Positions 63,960 to 64,000 of a DNA stretch of 64,000 bases are shown one piece after another. The translations under genes were made by a program, and so were the position numbers. The notes under the pieces are model-generated. The model did not search any database. It was not told where the DNA came from and saw nothing but the letters and a program-made list of their open reading frames with translations. The stretch lies in the IMG/VR virus record IMGVR_UViG_3300017773_000002, positions 24,454-88,453 of that record; one strand, 5' to 3'. Every line of letters starts with the position of its first letter. The stretch's first letter is position 1. The DNA is from a virus.

Positions 63960-64000
63960 ATGGCAACCATAAGAGCCTCACAGTCTATAACCTTTACAGA
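63960..64000 (+). CDS. 5' end of a paralogous tail appendage protein (partial)
   Basis: MATIRASQSITFT(D) resembles MAIRTATAAITFTD. Confidence 0.55.
   Translation, partial: MATIRASQSITFT

Overview
A 64-kb segment of an AT-rich, T4-like myovirus genome resembling marine uncultured T4-like phages. The host is probably a diderm proteobacterium, judging by two-component spanins, iscU-iscA, a c4-like cytochrome and perfect sigma70 early promoters. Left to right: early genes, an exonuclease and speD; a late cluster of putative capsid-internal proteins with T4-type capsid-targeting N-termini (ligase-like and HIGH-family nucleotidyltransferases, basic proteins) plus a 1201-aa beta-propeller protein; nrdA fused to glutaredoxin, nrdB and a GIY-YIG nuclease; six tRNAs surrounding an unannotated CCA-ended structured RNA; lysozyme and spanins; about ten scattered glycan-modification enzymes; gp33 and gp32; and the tail/baseplate module (gp29, 51/26-type, 54, 2, 4, 48, 53, 27, 5, 25, 6, 7, 9-like). 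That module is interrupted by iscU-iscA and an inverted island of early genes built from repeated promoter-leader cassettes. The most notable observations are the candidate injected nucleotidyltransferase cargo system, a -1 slippery site before the tape-measure gene, the tRNA-like ncRNA, the promoter cassettes that abut gene ends, ssrA-like -AA tails on early proteins, and a phage cytochrome c. All family assignments come from motif recognition by eye; no database search was run.
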